DNA of 64,000 bases from NCBI GenBank assembly GCA_030704615.1, contig CM060733.1, forward strand, positions 29,264,001-29,328,000, given 5' to 3'. Below the pieces are notes generated by a model. It was not told the DNA's origin, searched no databases, and saw only the letters and a list, made by a program, of their open reading frames with translations. Position numbers and translations under genes: made by a program. Shown piece by piece: positions 1 through 12,724 of the stretch. This DNA is from Takakia lepidozioides (Eukaryota; Plantae; Bryophyta). The first letter of the stretch is position 1, and each line of letters begins with the position of its first letter.

Positions 1-2109
1 GCCCTCTCGCAAGGCTTCCGCCCACTTGTGAGGATTCTTCGATCTGGAGGCAGTCCGCATCAGCATTTCCTGCCTGTCCGGCCCCAAGCCCCACTATTTC
101 CCTTTCAAGAACTCGTCGTACCTGCATTGCTGCATAATTGACCTCACAATGTCCTCCGTTGTGACAGTGAGGATGTCCACCAGATGCGTCGCAGAGGAGG
201 CATGCCAGGAAGAATGTACTGATTCGGCCATGTTTGTTGTCGGCATGTCGGTGTCGGAGTCGAGACATATTTCCTGCACATGCACATGTTCAGGTTACAA
301 GCAAATTACAAATAATGAGTAGCTAGCATAATATTCAACGGGACGCAAATTCGTCCCACTCACCTCCCGCATATAATCGTCGAACTGGAGGAAATGATAA
401 TGCCACCATGCTAGCCAACAGACCATTGCTCCCTCGTCTGATTTCTTTACAACACCTGACGTTGTCCACTAAGCCCGTATACATGCAAACTGTGTCTCTG
501 CATCATCCAAGGTGGGAGCACGCTTCCACGCAAGACACATGGAACGGTGCTCCTCTTTGAAATCTGGCGCCACGAGCCTGGTTGTGTACTGCGACAAGCT
601 CTGCAGAAAATGGAACCCACAAGATCTCTCCTTGATTTTCATCGGAACATTGGGGTCTTCCCCGTACACCCTTCGGATGACAGCCCAATTTGCTTGTGCG
701 TTGTCCGCCATGAAACCATGGAAATTGGGAGGGGGAAATCATGCCCTGGCCATCTGTTCATTTATTCCCTGCCAAAGAAGCATATCCGATCGTGTGTCCT
801 CTCCTTTCATCTCACAAATAACAATTGTCAATAGCATCCTGCAGTGGGTGTCGTAGACATGTGCACCCATTGTCACCCACTGGTGATTTGTAATTCGCTT
901 GATATGGTCAAACATGACCCAACTGTTTGACAAGTCCCCACTCGTCACCCGGTGGACCAGTTTGACGCCGCTGCCATGCACACATGTTTACATTTTGAAT
1001 ACGAAACAGCGATCTGCCTCAGTCCCTTGTCCTGGAAATCTACTTCCATGAATGTAGTCATATCCACATCGTCGCTTCACCTCCAGAATGGAGTGCATAT
1101 CCAAGCCACGCCCAATTCTCTGTTTGCAGGAGACAATGTGGTTTCGGACATTCGGTGAACAGACGCGGAACACCGACTCCAGTAATGCCTCCATTTCCTT
1201 CTCATCGAAAGGAACTCTGTCGGAGCCGTCTTCCGACATAATTCTGGCCAATGTCATCTTATGGGCGGCCTGCAGCTGAATCTGTTTGGGTTTGGCACGA
1301 GGTCTCAACTTAACCTCCTCCTGAACGAGCTGCTCTGCCTCGTGGGCAGCCTCCCGCGAGTTACCCCTCGCCAATTTGTGACAATGGGAACCAACGTGTA
1401 TGCAAGCTGGTGTGAGGTCAGGGAAACGGTGCAACACATAGAACTGCTTGGCATTATAAACAGACATGCAATGTGGTGGTTCTTTGCAATGTGCACACTT
1501 AAATGTGGAGGTTGGAACCTTCTCCTGAGCTCGAAATGGTTGATGAGGTGTGTCTGTCCAATCCGTCTCGTTCCTGTGACCTCTGGATTTAAAGTGGAAG
1601 CAAATTGGGGAGAAACACCGCAACGTGCCCGCACAAACAACGTAGTGTACCTGCACACCATTGAGCATCTTCATGCTGGTGGTTTTGGTGACGCACCAAG
1701 GATGACCGTCATGTTTCCTATCCATATCTATCAACATTCCGGACGCCCTTGAATAGTCCGTTCGAGAAGGGAACTCAAAGAAGATATTACCGTCGACGTC
1801 TGCGGGAAGACATGTAACGGATTTAATTGTGAACTTGTTGTAGTCCAGGAATGCGGCCCCTGGCCTTTGCGCAATAACTGCCAACGGTATGCAGTCAGAA
1901 GGTATATGACCAGTGCAGATGCGCTGCACAAACCAATAATTGTGGCGTCTGACAAGAAGCGTGGGGGGGCGAGCGTGCAAACACCTTCCCCATGGACAGA
2001 GGGAACTGACAGAGGTGACATTCCAGTGGGTCTGATGGGGTGCCTGACGGTGGGGGGGTACAACAACGACGACGATGCTGGAGCTAGGGCTGGGGCTGGG
2101 GCTGGGCAC
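1..2109 (-). pseudogene. Mutator/MULE-type DDE transposase with Cys/His-rich (GCM-like) N-terminal region; pseudogenised; runs off the left edge
   Basis: ORFs 988-2109, 739-981 and 469-711 are in one frame separated by single stop codons. A short intron (~275-363) leads to 94-285, and the frame continues past that stop to base 1. Motifs: DGHPW..C.GTLRC...C..C..C..H..H; WVMFDHIKR (D1); FMADNAQ (D2); CGFHF (CxxH); PTTNMAESVH (E). Confidence 0.75.
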
Positions 2110-2176
2110 TAAGGCTGTGGAGGTTGCAACTCCCCAGCGTCACAAGAGAGACCCCCTTAGAAGGAACTTGAAGGAA

Positions 2177-2371
2177 CTATATATATATAGTTTTTGTGAT
2201 ACATAGATGTAGCGTAGATGTGTTGGTTAGTTTGTAGTGTCTTAGAAATGTTATAACGTGGAGGTCTTAGGTTCAAGTATGCGTTGCATGATATATGTAG
2301 AACAAGGAACATATCGCCATAAGACAGAACTGGAGTCAATGGTCAACGCCAGAGTCAATGGTCAACAAGTT

Positions 2372-2402
<31 letters not shown>

Positions 2403-2703
2403 CCACCTACATTCAAATGTACCCCCTTAAATTGTGACGTCCGGGCGTCGCACTTTGCGACCCCCGGACGGTGCTAATTCTGCATTGCAGATTTATTTAT
2501 TTACTTTTAATTAATTTTTCGTCGTCCGAGCGTCGCAAATCGCGGTTTCGCATACTTGCGACCCCCATTGGTCGCAAATTTGCGAGGTTTTTTTGGCGAC
2601 GGACTTGCGACGACTGCACGTCGCAAATTTGGTCTTTTTCCCCACCCGAAAAGGGTTGTTTTACGACGTCGCGGCGTCGAAAACCCCCCCTTTTCCTGTA
2701 GTG
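2177..2703 (-). mobile_element. CACTA-type terminus and subterminal region (copy 1)
   Basis: Ends ...TTTTCCTGTAGTG at 2703 (reverse complement CACTACAGGAAAAGGGGGGGTTTTCGAC). Many GTCGC/GCGAC subterminal motifs. Abuts gypsy RNase H codons (VNIQYKPGRDNV). 2177-2470 is clearly homologous to 12725-12990. Confidence 0.75.
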
Positions 2704-4690
2704 CACATTGTCCCGTCCCGGCTTGTACTGGATATTCACGTCAAACAATGTCAAAGTGTCTTGCCACCTAATTTGTTTTGGGGACAACTTAGGTTGCATG
2801 GCAAAAACTTCATCGTAACATTGTCCGTGAACACTTTCGCCAGGTTGGAACCAACATAGTGGCGCCAAAGCTTGAGGCCCAATGGACCACCGCTTTAATC
2901 TCCTTCTCATGCGTAAGCCACCTCCTTTCTAGCTTGTTCAATTTCTTACTTTCGTAAGCCACTGCATGCCCATCTTGCGTGAGAACACACCCAATTGTGA
3001 AGTCCTATGCGTTTGTGTGAATCTTAAATGGACGGTTAAACTCCAAGACTGGAGCTTCCGCCATCCGCTACTTCAACTCGGCAAATGCTTGGCCACAAAA
3101 GGTGTTCCACACTCGGACCTTGGACTTACGTAAGAGATTTGATAGCAACCCCGCAATCTTGGTGAAATTCCTCACATACTTCCGGTAGTAGGAGACGAGT
3201 CCTAAAAATGATCACCCTTCCGAGACCGAAGTCGGAGGTTCCCAACCAAGATTTCCCCCACCTTTCTATCGGTCATCTTTATCCCTCCTGCATAATCACA
3301 CGCCCCAGGAACTCGTACACCAAGATGTCATTGATGTACACGATCACAAAGTCATCTAACCACTTTTGAAAGAGGCCATCCATCAGAGTGCTGAAAGTTG
3401 TCCGCGCATTGGTGAGCCCAAATGACATCACCAAAAACTCATACGAGCCATACCACGTCCTGCCCGCTTTTTTTCTCCTCGTCTTCTTCCGCTATCCGAA
3501 TCTGATGGTAACCTGAGCGCAAGTCGATCTGATTGAAATACTTTGCGCCTACCAACCGATCAAAGAGATCGTCAATCATTGACAAAGGGTATCAGTTTTT
3601 TATTGTCACCTTGTTTAGAGCCCTGTAATCGACACACATCCGCAGCGTCCTATCATTTTTATCTGCAAATAGCACCGGGGCTCCGTAAGGTAACTTACTT
3701 GGCCAGATGTATCCCTTTGCCAAGAGGTCCTTGAGCTGTTCCTTCAACTCCACCAACACTTTATGGCTAAACCGGTAAGACACCTTGGCAGGCGGTTTCG
3801 TTCCCGGTACCACCTCAATCTTGTGGTCGACCCCTCTTCGCGGTGGCAAGCCGCTAAGTAAATCTTCGGCATCACATCCTTGTATTTCTCCACGATTCCC
3901 TTGACCTAATCTAGGCTCGGCTCTCTTTCGGCTTCTCCTTCTACCTACCTCACGTAAAGCAAAAACGAGGCAAAAACTCGGGATCGTGTGGTTCCTCCAC
4001 GGCCCACTCCTTCGCCGTTAGCAGATTTATTTGCCCAAAGGAGCCAAGTATTGAGTGCCTTCCGATTTCGGACGCCCTCGAAGGTACTGGATTCTTTTGG
4101 TTTCACCTTGAATTTTGCTTTTGCGGAAGTGGCATTGGCAGCCCTCATCACATCCTTTAGGGTCCAACGTTTAAACTGCGCCAAAAGTCTTTCCCAAAGC
4201 TAGTGGCCTTGGAGGCATCTATTGGTCCAATGGAGCCTTTGGGAGGTCCTCAGGCTCTGACTCCTCAGATGCCTCTGGCTCTCCAGTGGCCTCACCTTCC
4301 GAAGCATAACTTGCCTCTTCCAGTTGTCGTTCCGGTGACGCGTCGCCCCCACCAGACTCACTAGGTTCGTCGGCTTTTGGGCCGTTCCACTTTCGCTTGG
4401 CTTTGCCCGATACCATGGTGGGACCGGTCTCAAGGGCTATCACATACTTAACTCTAGGCTCTAATACCAAGTGTCATGCACCTCACTTCAGTAAACTCTC
4501 CTTCAGGTCATAATTACTTGCTTTGATGCGCGCGCCTAACTCCCAAACTGGCCGCCAGGCCAACTTGGAGCTTCGGCTGCTCATCGGGACATAACGGTCC
4601 CCCTTGCTTCCCCATGGAACCTTCGACCACTCGGGTTCAGTGGAAATTCCCTTGGTTGTAGGCAGTCCGGAAATAGCTCCCCACACTAGA
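2704..4690 (-). mobile_element. Decayed Ty3/gypsy LTR retrotransposon: part of 5' LTR, PBS, deleted gag, RT, RNase H
   Basis: RT peptide [15 protein letters not shown]...[17 protein letters not shown] (3592-3849), VYINDILV-like box near 3330, RNase H end near 2710. iMet-type PBS TGGTATTAGAGCC (4457-4469, reverse complement) next to LTR end TGTCA at 4472. Many stops and frameshifts. Confidence 0.85.
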
Positions 4691-4699
4691 CTGGGGCTT

Positions 4700-5590
4700 A
4701 TATGTCGGCCCCCCCCCCCCTCCCTCGCCTCATTCCTCGCTCCACGCGTAGGGCAGACCTTGTAGAAGCGACCGCCACCATGGCGGTCGCTCCATTTAAA
4801 AACAAAAAAAAACGACTGCCACAAATGGCAGTCGCTTCATTTCACCAAAAAAAAGAAAAAAAACAACCGCCAGTAATGGCAGTCGCTGCATTTATAAAAA
4901 CAAAATAAAACTTCAAGCGACCGGAAGTGAGGGGAGAATTATCCGGAGCTTATATGCCCCTCTCCCCCGCCTCACTCCTCGCAGGGCACACTTCGTAGAA
5001 GCGACCGCCACCTTGGCGGTCGCTCCATTTTCATTTTCAAAACAATTAAAATAAAAGCGACCGCCATAAATGGCGGTCGCTCCATTTCCTACCAAATTTC
5101 AATAAAAGTGACCGCCATTAATGGCGGTCGCTGCAAGTACAAAAAACAACAATACTGGCGATCGCCCCTAATGGCGGTCGCTCCATTTTGCTCCAAAAAA
5201 ACAAAAAAACGACCGCCAGCAACGGCGGTCGCTTCATTTGCAAAATAATTAAACTAAAAGCGACCGCTAGCAACGGCGGTCGCTTCATTTGCAAAATAAT
5301 TAAACTAAAAGTGACCGCCAGTAATGGCGGTCGCTTCATTTCCAAAATAATTAAAATACGACCGCTAGTAATGGCAGTCGCTTTATTTTCAAAATAAATA
5401 AAGTAAAAGCGACCGCCATGTATATCCCCCCCCCCCCTTTCCTCGCTCCACGCGCAGGACAGACCTCGTAGAAGCGACCGCCACTTTCGTGGTCGCTCCA
5501 TTTTTATAAAAAAAACGACCGCTACTAATGGCAGTCGCCCCATTTTCAAAAATAAATAAATAAAGGCGACCGCCAGATATGGCGGTCGGG
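4700..5590. repeat. Array of palindromic AAGCGACCGCC-N(4-6)-GGCGGTCGCT units with A-rich spacers (left array)
   Basis: About 14 units roughly 50-60 bp apart; a longer CCTCGCTCCACGCG...GTAGAAGCGACC leader recurs near 4730, 4975 and 5440. Confidence 0.9.
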
Positions 5591-6489
5591 GAGGATGACT
5601 ATGAGCTTAGCAATACAAATACTCATAGTGACAATGATCACCTTCTTTCATGGATTGCTGCCGTAATCCTCTACTCCGTTGAAGTGTAGGGGTACAAAGA
5701 GGTGTTGAAGCAGGTGTTGCTCCGGCACAACCCTCTTGTTTAAGGACACCCGAAGCCTCATAAGAGTCGCCCTGGGTACTAGTCGGGGCATACTGACGGG
5801 AAGATGGAGTGTTCTGCTCAGAGGTCATGTCCAGATCCAAAGACATTGAAATATTACCGCCACACTGTGCAAAGTGGTTTTTTACCCGCATAGATGCTTT
5901 GGGGCATAAACCCACCCCAGCGCTCTTCACATCTTTATAGTCGAGGTGAACGAGCAACCAATCCTTATGATAAGAATTTTTTAATCCACATAGGTTGCAC
6001 TCAACACTACCAGTGGCACTGACAGTGTTCGGGATTGCCGTATGTCAATGGCTCTATTCCTCCCTCATCTTCACCCAATATCCATTCCCCTGGGACCGAG
6101 CGATGCAAGCAACAAAAAACAATCACCTATAAATGAACGTGTTATGAATGTAGAGTGCAATGCGATAGCCCAACACTTCTACACCTATTAGCAATCCAAG
6201 TGGGTCGATATGGGTTGTAGTATTGAGCTTATACACAATCTGCTGAAGTGACTTTGGTGGAAGCCACAACGGCAAAATGTGCGCACCCTCCTCTTGGGCT
6301 ACACTCTCGTTCAATGGAAGAGAACATCCAAAGCAACCTCAAGTGTTTGTGCCAAAAGAAGTGAGGAGCTTGGTGATCCTCCTCCCTTTTATATGATCAA
6401 AGAAGGATGAAAGTGAAATGAATAAATGATGAACCGATAGCGCCCACTCGAAAAAGGCTGTACAACCATATTTGTTGTAATTTTGAAAT

Positions 6490-7470
6490 TAAGCGACCGC
6501 TAATACTATGGTCGCTATTTTTATTTTTTATGAAAAACAAGCGACCGCCACTACTGCGGTCGCTTTTATTTCCATTCACTTTATGCAATATTGCGGTCAC
6601 TTCTATTTTGTATATTTTAAAATTTAACCGACCGCCCGTACGGCGGCCGCTATTGTTTTTTATTTCAAAATATAATGTGACTGCTGGTATGGCGGTCGGT
6701 TTTATTTTAATATATTTTTTAAAAACGCGACCGCCAGTAAGGCGGTCGCTTTTAATCTTTATATTTTCAAGTTTAAGCGACCTCCAGGTTGGCGGTCGCT
6801 TAAACTTAATATATATTTTAAAATTGACGCGACCGCCGATTTTGTGGTCGCAAATATTTTAATTGTTTTAAAACAAGCAACCACCGGCGTCGCGGTCGCT
6901 TTTATTTTTATATGTCGCTTGTTTTTTTAATATAATTTTAGATTTACCGACCGCCATATGGCGGTCGTTTGTTTTTCTATATATTTTTTAAATTAAGCGA
7001 CCGCCCAATGGCGGTCGTTGTTTTTCTATATATTCTTGAAATTATCCGACCGCCATATGGCGGTCGCTTGTTCTGTACATATTTACAAAATTGTGCGACC
7101 GCCAATACAGCAGTCGCTTGTTTTCTTTTTTAAATTAGGCGACTGCCAATGCGACAACCAATCTTGTTTAAAAAAAAAAAAAAAATTGAAGCGAGTGCCA
7201 AGATAGCGGTCGCAATTTCTTTTTTTAATTCAAAAAATAAAGCGACCGCCAGTGTGACCGCCAATCTTGCTTTAAAATTATTATTTTTGAAACGACCGCC
7301 AATATGGCGGTCGCTATTTCTTTTTCTATTTTGAAAAATAAAGCGATCGCAAGTGCGACCGCCAATCTTGCTTTAAAATTATTATTTTTGAAGCGACCGC
7401 CAATACGGCAGTCGCTATTTCTTTTTTAATTTCAAAATACAAAGCGACTGCCATAATTGGCGGTCGCATT
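6490..7470. repeat. Array of the same palindromic GCGACCGCC/GGCGGTCGC units (right array)
   Basis: More than 15 units about 50-60 bp apart with T/A-rich spacers. Confidence 0.9.
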
Positions 7471-9509
7471 CATTTTGTTAATTTTCAAAAATGTATTTGC
7501 CACCGCCACTGTGTCGGCGACGTGGGTGCTTAAGTGGCAGTATTTTACCTGATACTATTTTTACCAGAATATTCTCCGAACTTGACGTGACGGACGTCCC
7601 GTCAGCATCAGGTCTGACGTGACCTGACGCTGACGGATGAACGTGACGTTGGTAACCGGGCTGTAGACCCTTCTGTGTATACGCATCTACGGGAGTAGGC
7701 CTTTGGGACAGCTCCACTAAACCCTTCCCTACTACCCATACCACTACACAATACGCGTGTAAGTCGACTCAGATGAGCAGGCCGCTCCCGTTGTCATGCT
7801 CATATGATAGCGTCGCTGGTGGAATCTTATATGGAAATTCCACTAGTGTCAATTAGTCTTGGACACCTGGCTTGCGTGTAGATTACGCTCTTATATTAGA
7901 TACTCTGAGGAAAAGAAAGCTCCTTGCAACATTGTCTCATCTTGGTGGATGAATCGATTATTTCACCACATGACTTATGACGATCACGCCACCTAGATGG
8001 CCAAACTTCTCGATTGTTGGACTCTCCCCTGACATTGGCCTTCTCTAGGTAACGAATAATATATTGATATCAATTGGTCGACACCATCACAAGAATCAAG
8101 ACTTAAAGACCATATCTCATCTTAACTTCGACCCCCTATGCCGCAAACAATAAATTTCACCAACTTATGCGTCATTAACAATCAAACATACTCGTTTGTA
8201 ACTAGTACATGTTTCTATTTTCTTTGCACAGACGATAGGTCTAAATTTGTGTCCTTAATTATGTGTAGGCCGTGCTTACATAAGCTGTGCTTAAATTAGA
8301 TAAATTTCATGACGTCCCCTTCGGATGGACTTATTGCAAGTCAAATTAGCCTCTTCATCTTGGGCACAATTCTCATCCATTGATGTACACCTAATCATGG
8401 CTTCACTTGAGGGTTAGTTCAACATTGGTTTCTTGACCCAGCATATGGTCTCCACCTTTTTTCTTCTATTTTCTCTTCAAAAATACATAATTATGGTTTA
8501 ATGACACCCATATTGATCACTAATATCATTGGTCTTAGTCATCCATCTTGGTTCTAAATCTTAACTACTTTGGCAAAAGTTGAGGTTCGGGCCACGTAAT
8601 CCAAAATGGATTAAAATGTAAATCAATCTCACAAAGATTGTAACCGAGCATAAGAAAAATAGCAAATTTAAAATTAATTCAAAAATTCTCTACACGCATT
8701 TTAACACATTGCAATAAATATGGTTGTCCATCTTATATCTATTAACAACTTAGATGTATCTTTAAAAACCCTAGATCAAAGGGTCTATATTTAAAATATT
8801 TCACGAATTTTTATGGTATGCATTTTTGTATGTTTGCAGTCTGTACATAAGACTTATTTATATAACTTTTGCGAATGAAAAAAGATATTGAGGAATTTAA
8901 GAATTGAAGGGCTCTTACCTTTCAATGATAACCTGGGTCCCATAACATATAAAATCCTCAATTGAAGGGGTTGCACATGATATTGCACCTTTTCAAAGTG
9001 ACTATTTCATCTTTCTTCTAGTTTATTAAAAGTCTTTATCTTACATCATCATGACCAAACATACGATATTGTAATAATATATATTGTGAGTTTTCTCAAA
9101 TTGGGTCGATGTTTCTACTATGAATCTGTCAAAAGATTCATAGATTCATCAACCTGTTTTAAAAAAAAAAAAACAATATATATAGAGACAATGAAATATT
9201 AAAAAATACTAAATAAACTATAAGAGAAAGGACGACCATATATACAAATATTATAACAATATTAGAGGTGATTCCCCATATTGTGAGTGATTATTTACTT
9301 TAAGTATATACATTTGACAACATTACGATTTGTGAATACATATCCAAAAAGGTTATTGAGCTCCATTAACTACGTGCAAGATTGAAATATTTATGTGCAA
9401 TGTCACACAACTCTCTCAATCTCCCAAACACACATACCACAAATACAAATAAGCTATATTCATTAATTATATCTTCAAGCTAACTTTTGCTCTTTAGCTA
9501 GAATACACA

Positions 9510-10973
9510 ATGTCAAGACTTGCAAAGCTTTGTGCAATTTTGCATGACATAGAAAATTCTACTGCCCACCTTTCAAGATCCGTGGCCTATGCAAAACGGA
9601 TGGCAGATGCAGGACCACGATTAGTGGAGGTAAATAATGTATAATGATATTTAATTATCATATAAATTGTATAAATATATTGAGCTCATGGGTGAATTTT
9701 CCAGCATCAATATGATTCTATGTGTTGTAGGTAACTGATGTTATTTTATTCTCTATTGTGGTGATTGGATGGAGTGCAAATATTATTTTGAGATGTCTTT
9801 GTCGCATGAAGTTTGTAAAATGTAATCTACAACATCACCCGCACTTTCATGTTTTTCATTCAAGCTTATTTGGATATTACGATGTACATAGATTCTGATA
9901 AGGTTGTAGTATGACGTAATATTTTGCATATACTATAGGAATTGACGATGCATGTGAGGTGGGTGGGAAATCATTATACATTACAACTCAATTTGCATGG
10001 CTTTGTTGGTGATCTCAAAAGAGCTATATTTCAAGTTCTTAATGTACAACCGCGACTTCAACGGGTAAGGTAACAAACACAACAATTAAATAAAGTTTGT
10101 ATTGACATTAATCATAAACTAAAAAAACATATTTCTATATGTAAATTGTTTGGATAACTGTCTTCAAATTTGTTCTAAAAAATGCAACATAATCTTGCAA
10201 AGAAAATTCTTACCTCACCACAATTTAAACTATACATATGCAATCAGTTAAGTTTGCTGGATATATATATATAAGTTCTTCTCTACTCTTGTTAGTATAT
10301 AAAGAATGACTATTTATAAGTTATAGTTTCTAAATATTACAATCTGAATATTATCTAAAATGTTCGTAGATGCTCAATTGGAATGTAATGCCGCATGCCC
10401 AACCTGTCCAAGATAGCACTCTCTTGAGAGACTGCAACTTCCAAAGGGATGCAAGGTTGATAAAGATTGGGTGAGTTATGTATTGTTGCATTATCTATTT
10501 CTCATATATAGCCTTAAAAAATCCTTATGGATGACACAAATTATCCTCAAATATTTATGTCTATCTCATTTTGAGCTCAAATATCTTATAGCACAGTAAT
10601 AGTATAATATAACAAAAAGTTTTTGTGTTTGTATTCATGTATGTCATGATTTAAACTTCATTTGATCATATCATCAATCATTTTTTCGATAGTGATTGTC
10701 TTAATACATCAATATGACAAATGGTTTATTAAATATAAATATGTTGAGATTATAATTTCTTAAATGGGTTGTTACATCAAATGATTGAGGTTGTTTGGCA
10801 TGAATAGACAAACATATGTAAGGCTTCTCAAATTTCATACAAGAGTATCTAAAACGGTTGTACACCACGATGATCTAAAATTGGTTGGACCACGCTACTC
10901 AAAGTTCCTCACTGAGGAGCAATTTAGACAAGCTTACTTCAAATTAAGACCGAGCAAGATTGGCACTATTTAA
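9510..10973 (+). CDS. Spliced gene or pseudogene with a ubiquitin-like domain resembling the UBLCP1/USP14 N-terminal Ubl; exons 9510-9629, 9939-10064, 10370-10470, 10790-10973 (~176 aa)
   Basis: GT-AG introns with consistent phases (0,0,2). Spliced peptide ...LVE/ELTMHVRWVGNHYTLQLNLHGFVGDLKRAIFQVLNVQPRLQR/MLNW...QDSTLLRDCNFQRDARLIKIG has a beta-grasp Ubl pattern. The exon 4 acceptor is weak, and coding-like sequence continues with frameshift and stops to ~11255. Confidence 0.6.
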
Positions 10974-12724
10974 TGATGGACATCATGATGAATATCCTCT
11001 AATCAAATCAAATACATCTAAATGGAGGGTTTTGTTTTCAAAACTATTGATGCATTGATGATTGATGATCAATATTCTCTACAATCTCTACACTTTGTGG
11101 CATCCCTTGCATCCATACACCCTCCATCATATGATGTTGCTTGGTTTAAGCAAAATAAATTAAGATTGCGAAATTAACTCATTCAATATGATAACAATAT
11201 CTTATTTGTATGGAACCCAAAAGCAGCGAGGTTCCGTATAAAAGATATGATGTGATATGCAACTCATATGAAGAATAGTCATTATATCTTTAAACACAAA
11301 TAGTTATGAGGATTACTAAATATATGCAACTTCATTTTTTTTCAAGTTCTTAATTTGGGCACAAAATCCTCGATACAATGGTTATGAATTGTACGATTTC
11401 ATACGTCAACTATATTATCACTATCAAACATACAATTTCACCGGTTTGCAACTCTATAACTCATAATTTAGAAATAATAACGATAATTAAGTCATTACTT
11501 TTAATGTTTATAAGGAATTGCACATAAAAAATTCCAAACAGAAATTTACCATGACATCTTGTAAAACAGCACTTCTTTTGTATTGAGAAATATCTCTCGA
11601 TGCATTTCCACCATAGTCCACGTGATGCTTACCTACAATATTAATTTAAAACATAGTGGAATGTAAATTATCTATTGGACTAGTAATATTACATGTCATG
11701 GATGACACTGAAGCTTTCTTTGATGAGAAGCACAACACTTGAGTTGAGGATGTTCAATATAGACATTCTGTTAGTAAAACATTTTTCCTTTTTAATAACA
11801 CTTGTTAGCCTTCACATATGGCTCCTTGGATTGTTATTTTTTCTTACACTCTTAATTCAAATTAGGGTCTTTGTCCAGTTTTTTCAAATATAATAAAATA
11901 AAAATAGCTATACTACACATGAGTTATTATATGTTTTCAAGAGAATAGTTAAATATATCATTAAATATAAATAAATATATTAATATTTGACAACCGGTAA
12001 ATTAGCTCGTAAAGTCATACATATTTTTAACGTCATGCATTAAGTAAGATTTAATGCATGCATGATCACTTGATAATTTATTAGACTATATCATGAAGAT
12101 TAAGTTATATTTCATTTTGTACTATAAATATTTTTTGAGTAATGCTTTCATAGGTGTTGAGGTGTAGTACATAATTTACAAATATATCCCATGACTTTGT
12201 ATTGTTTATGTTGGATAACTTTCTTACATTTAAAGGAATGTCTTTGTGATAATCGAATCGTCATCCACATTACTGGGTGCAAATTGAAGTCATTATAATC
12301 CAGGATCCTTCACATTTTGAGATATAATTTGTGGCAAGTAGGCAATGAGGCATGCTCTATTCAACATGAAGACACAAACAAGGCTATGACCAATATCATT
12401 GCAAGTCAAACTCCAAGGTTGTCCATTCATTTAGTTTAGTTTTATCATTCATCGTTGCTTATATATATATATTTAGTATTTTTTAGTTAATCAATAATTT
12501 ATGGGAGGATTCCAAACTGAGTAGGGTTCTTTCTGATGTCGAGTAATTTTTTAGGTGTTATTAGTTGCATGTTGCTCTTTCAATAACTCATGTGAACTCC
12601 AAATTAGATACTTTGGATCTGTCGGCAAGTTCCAGGTGTAAGAGCTCATGTAGAGTACGCATAATTTTCAACACAATGATAGGATTGAGATAGTGGTAGT
12701 CACTAGGAGCTAACTCTTGATATG

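Noticed and set aside
5118-7334. ORFs with repeated KRPPL or ATASNGGR peptides
   Set aside because: Translation artefacts of the DNA palindrome arrays.
4700-7470. CRISPR-like regularly spaced palindromes
   Set aside because: Eukaryotic context, degenerate repeats, low-complexity related spacers and no cas genes.
7742-7760. CACTAC as the left TIR of the element ending at 13251
   Set aside because: Only 6 bp match the right TIR and the flanking triplets differ (TAC versus GCA).
11540-12430. Possible minus-strand exons of a second cargo gene
   Set aside because: Could not assemble a consistent frame or recognise a motif.
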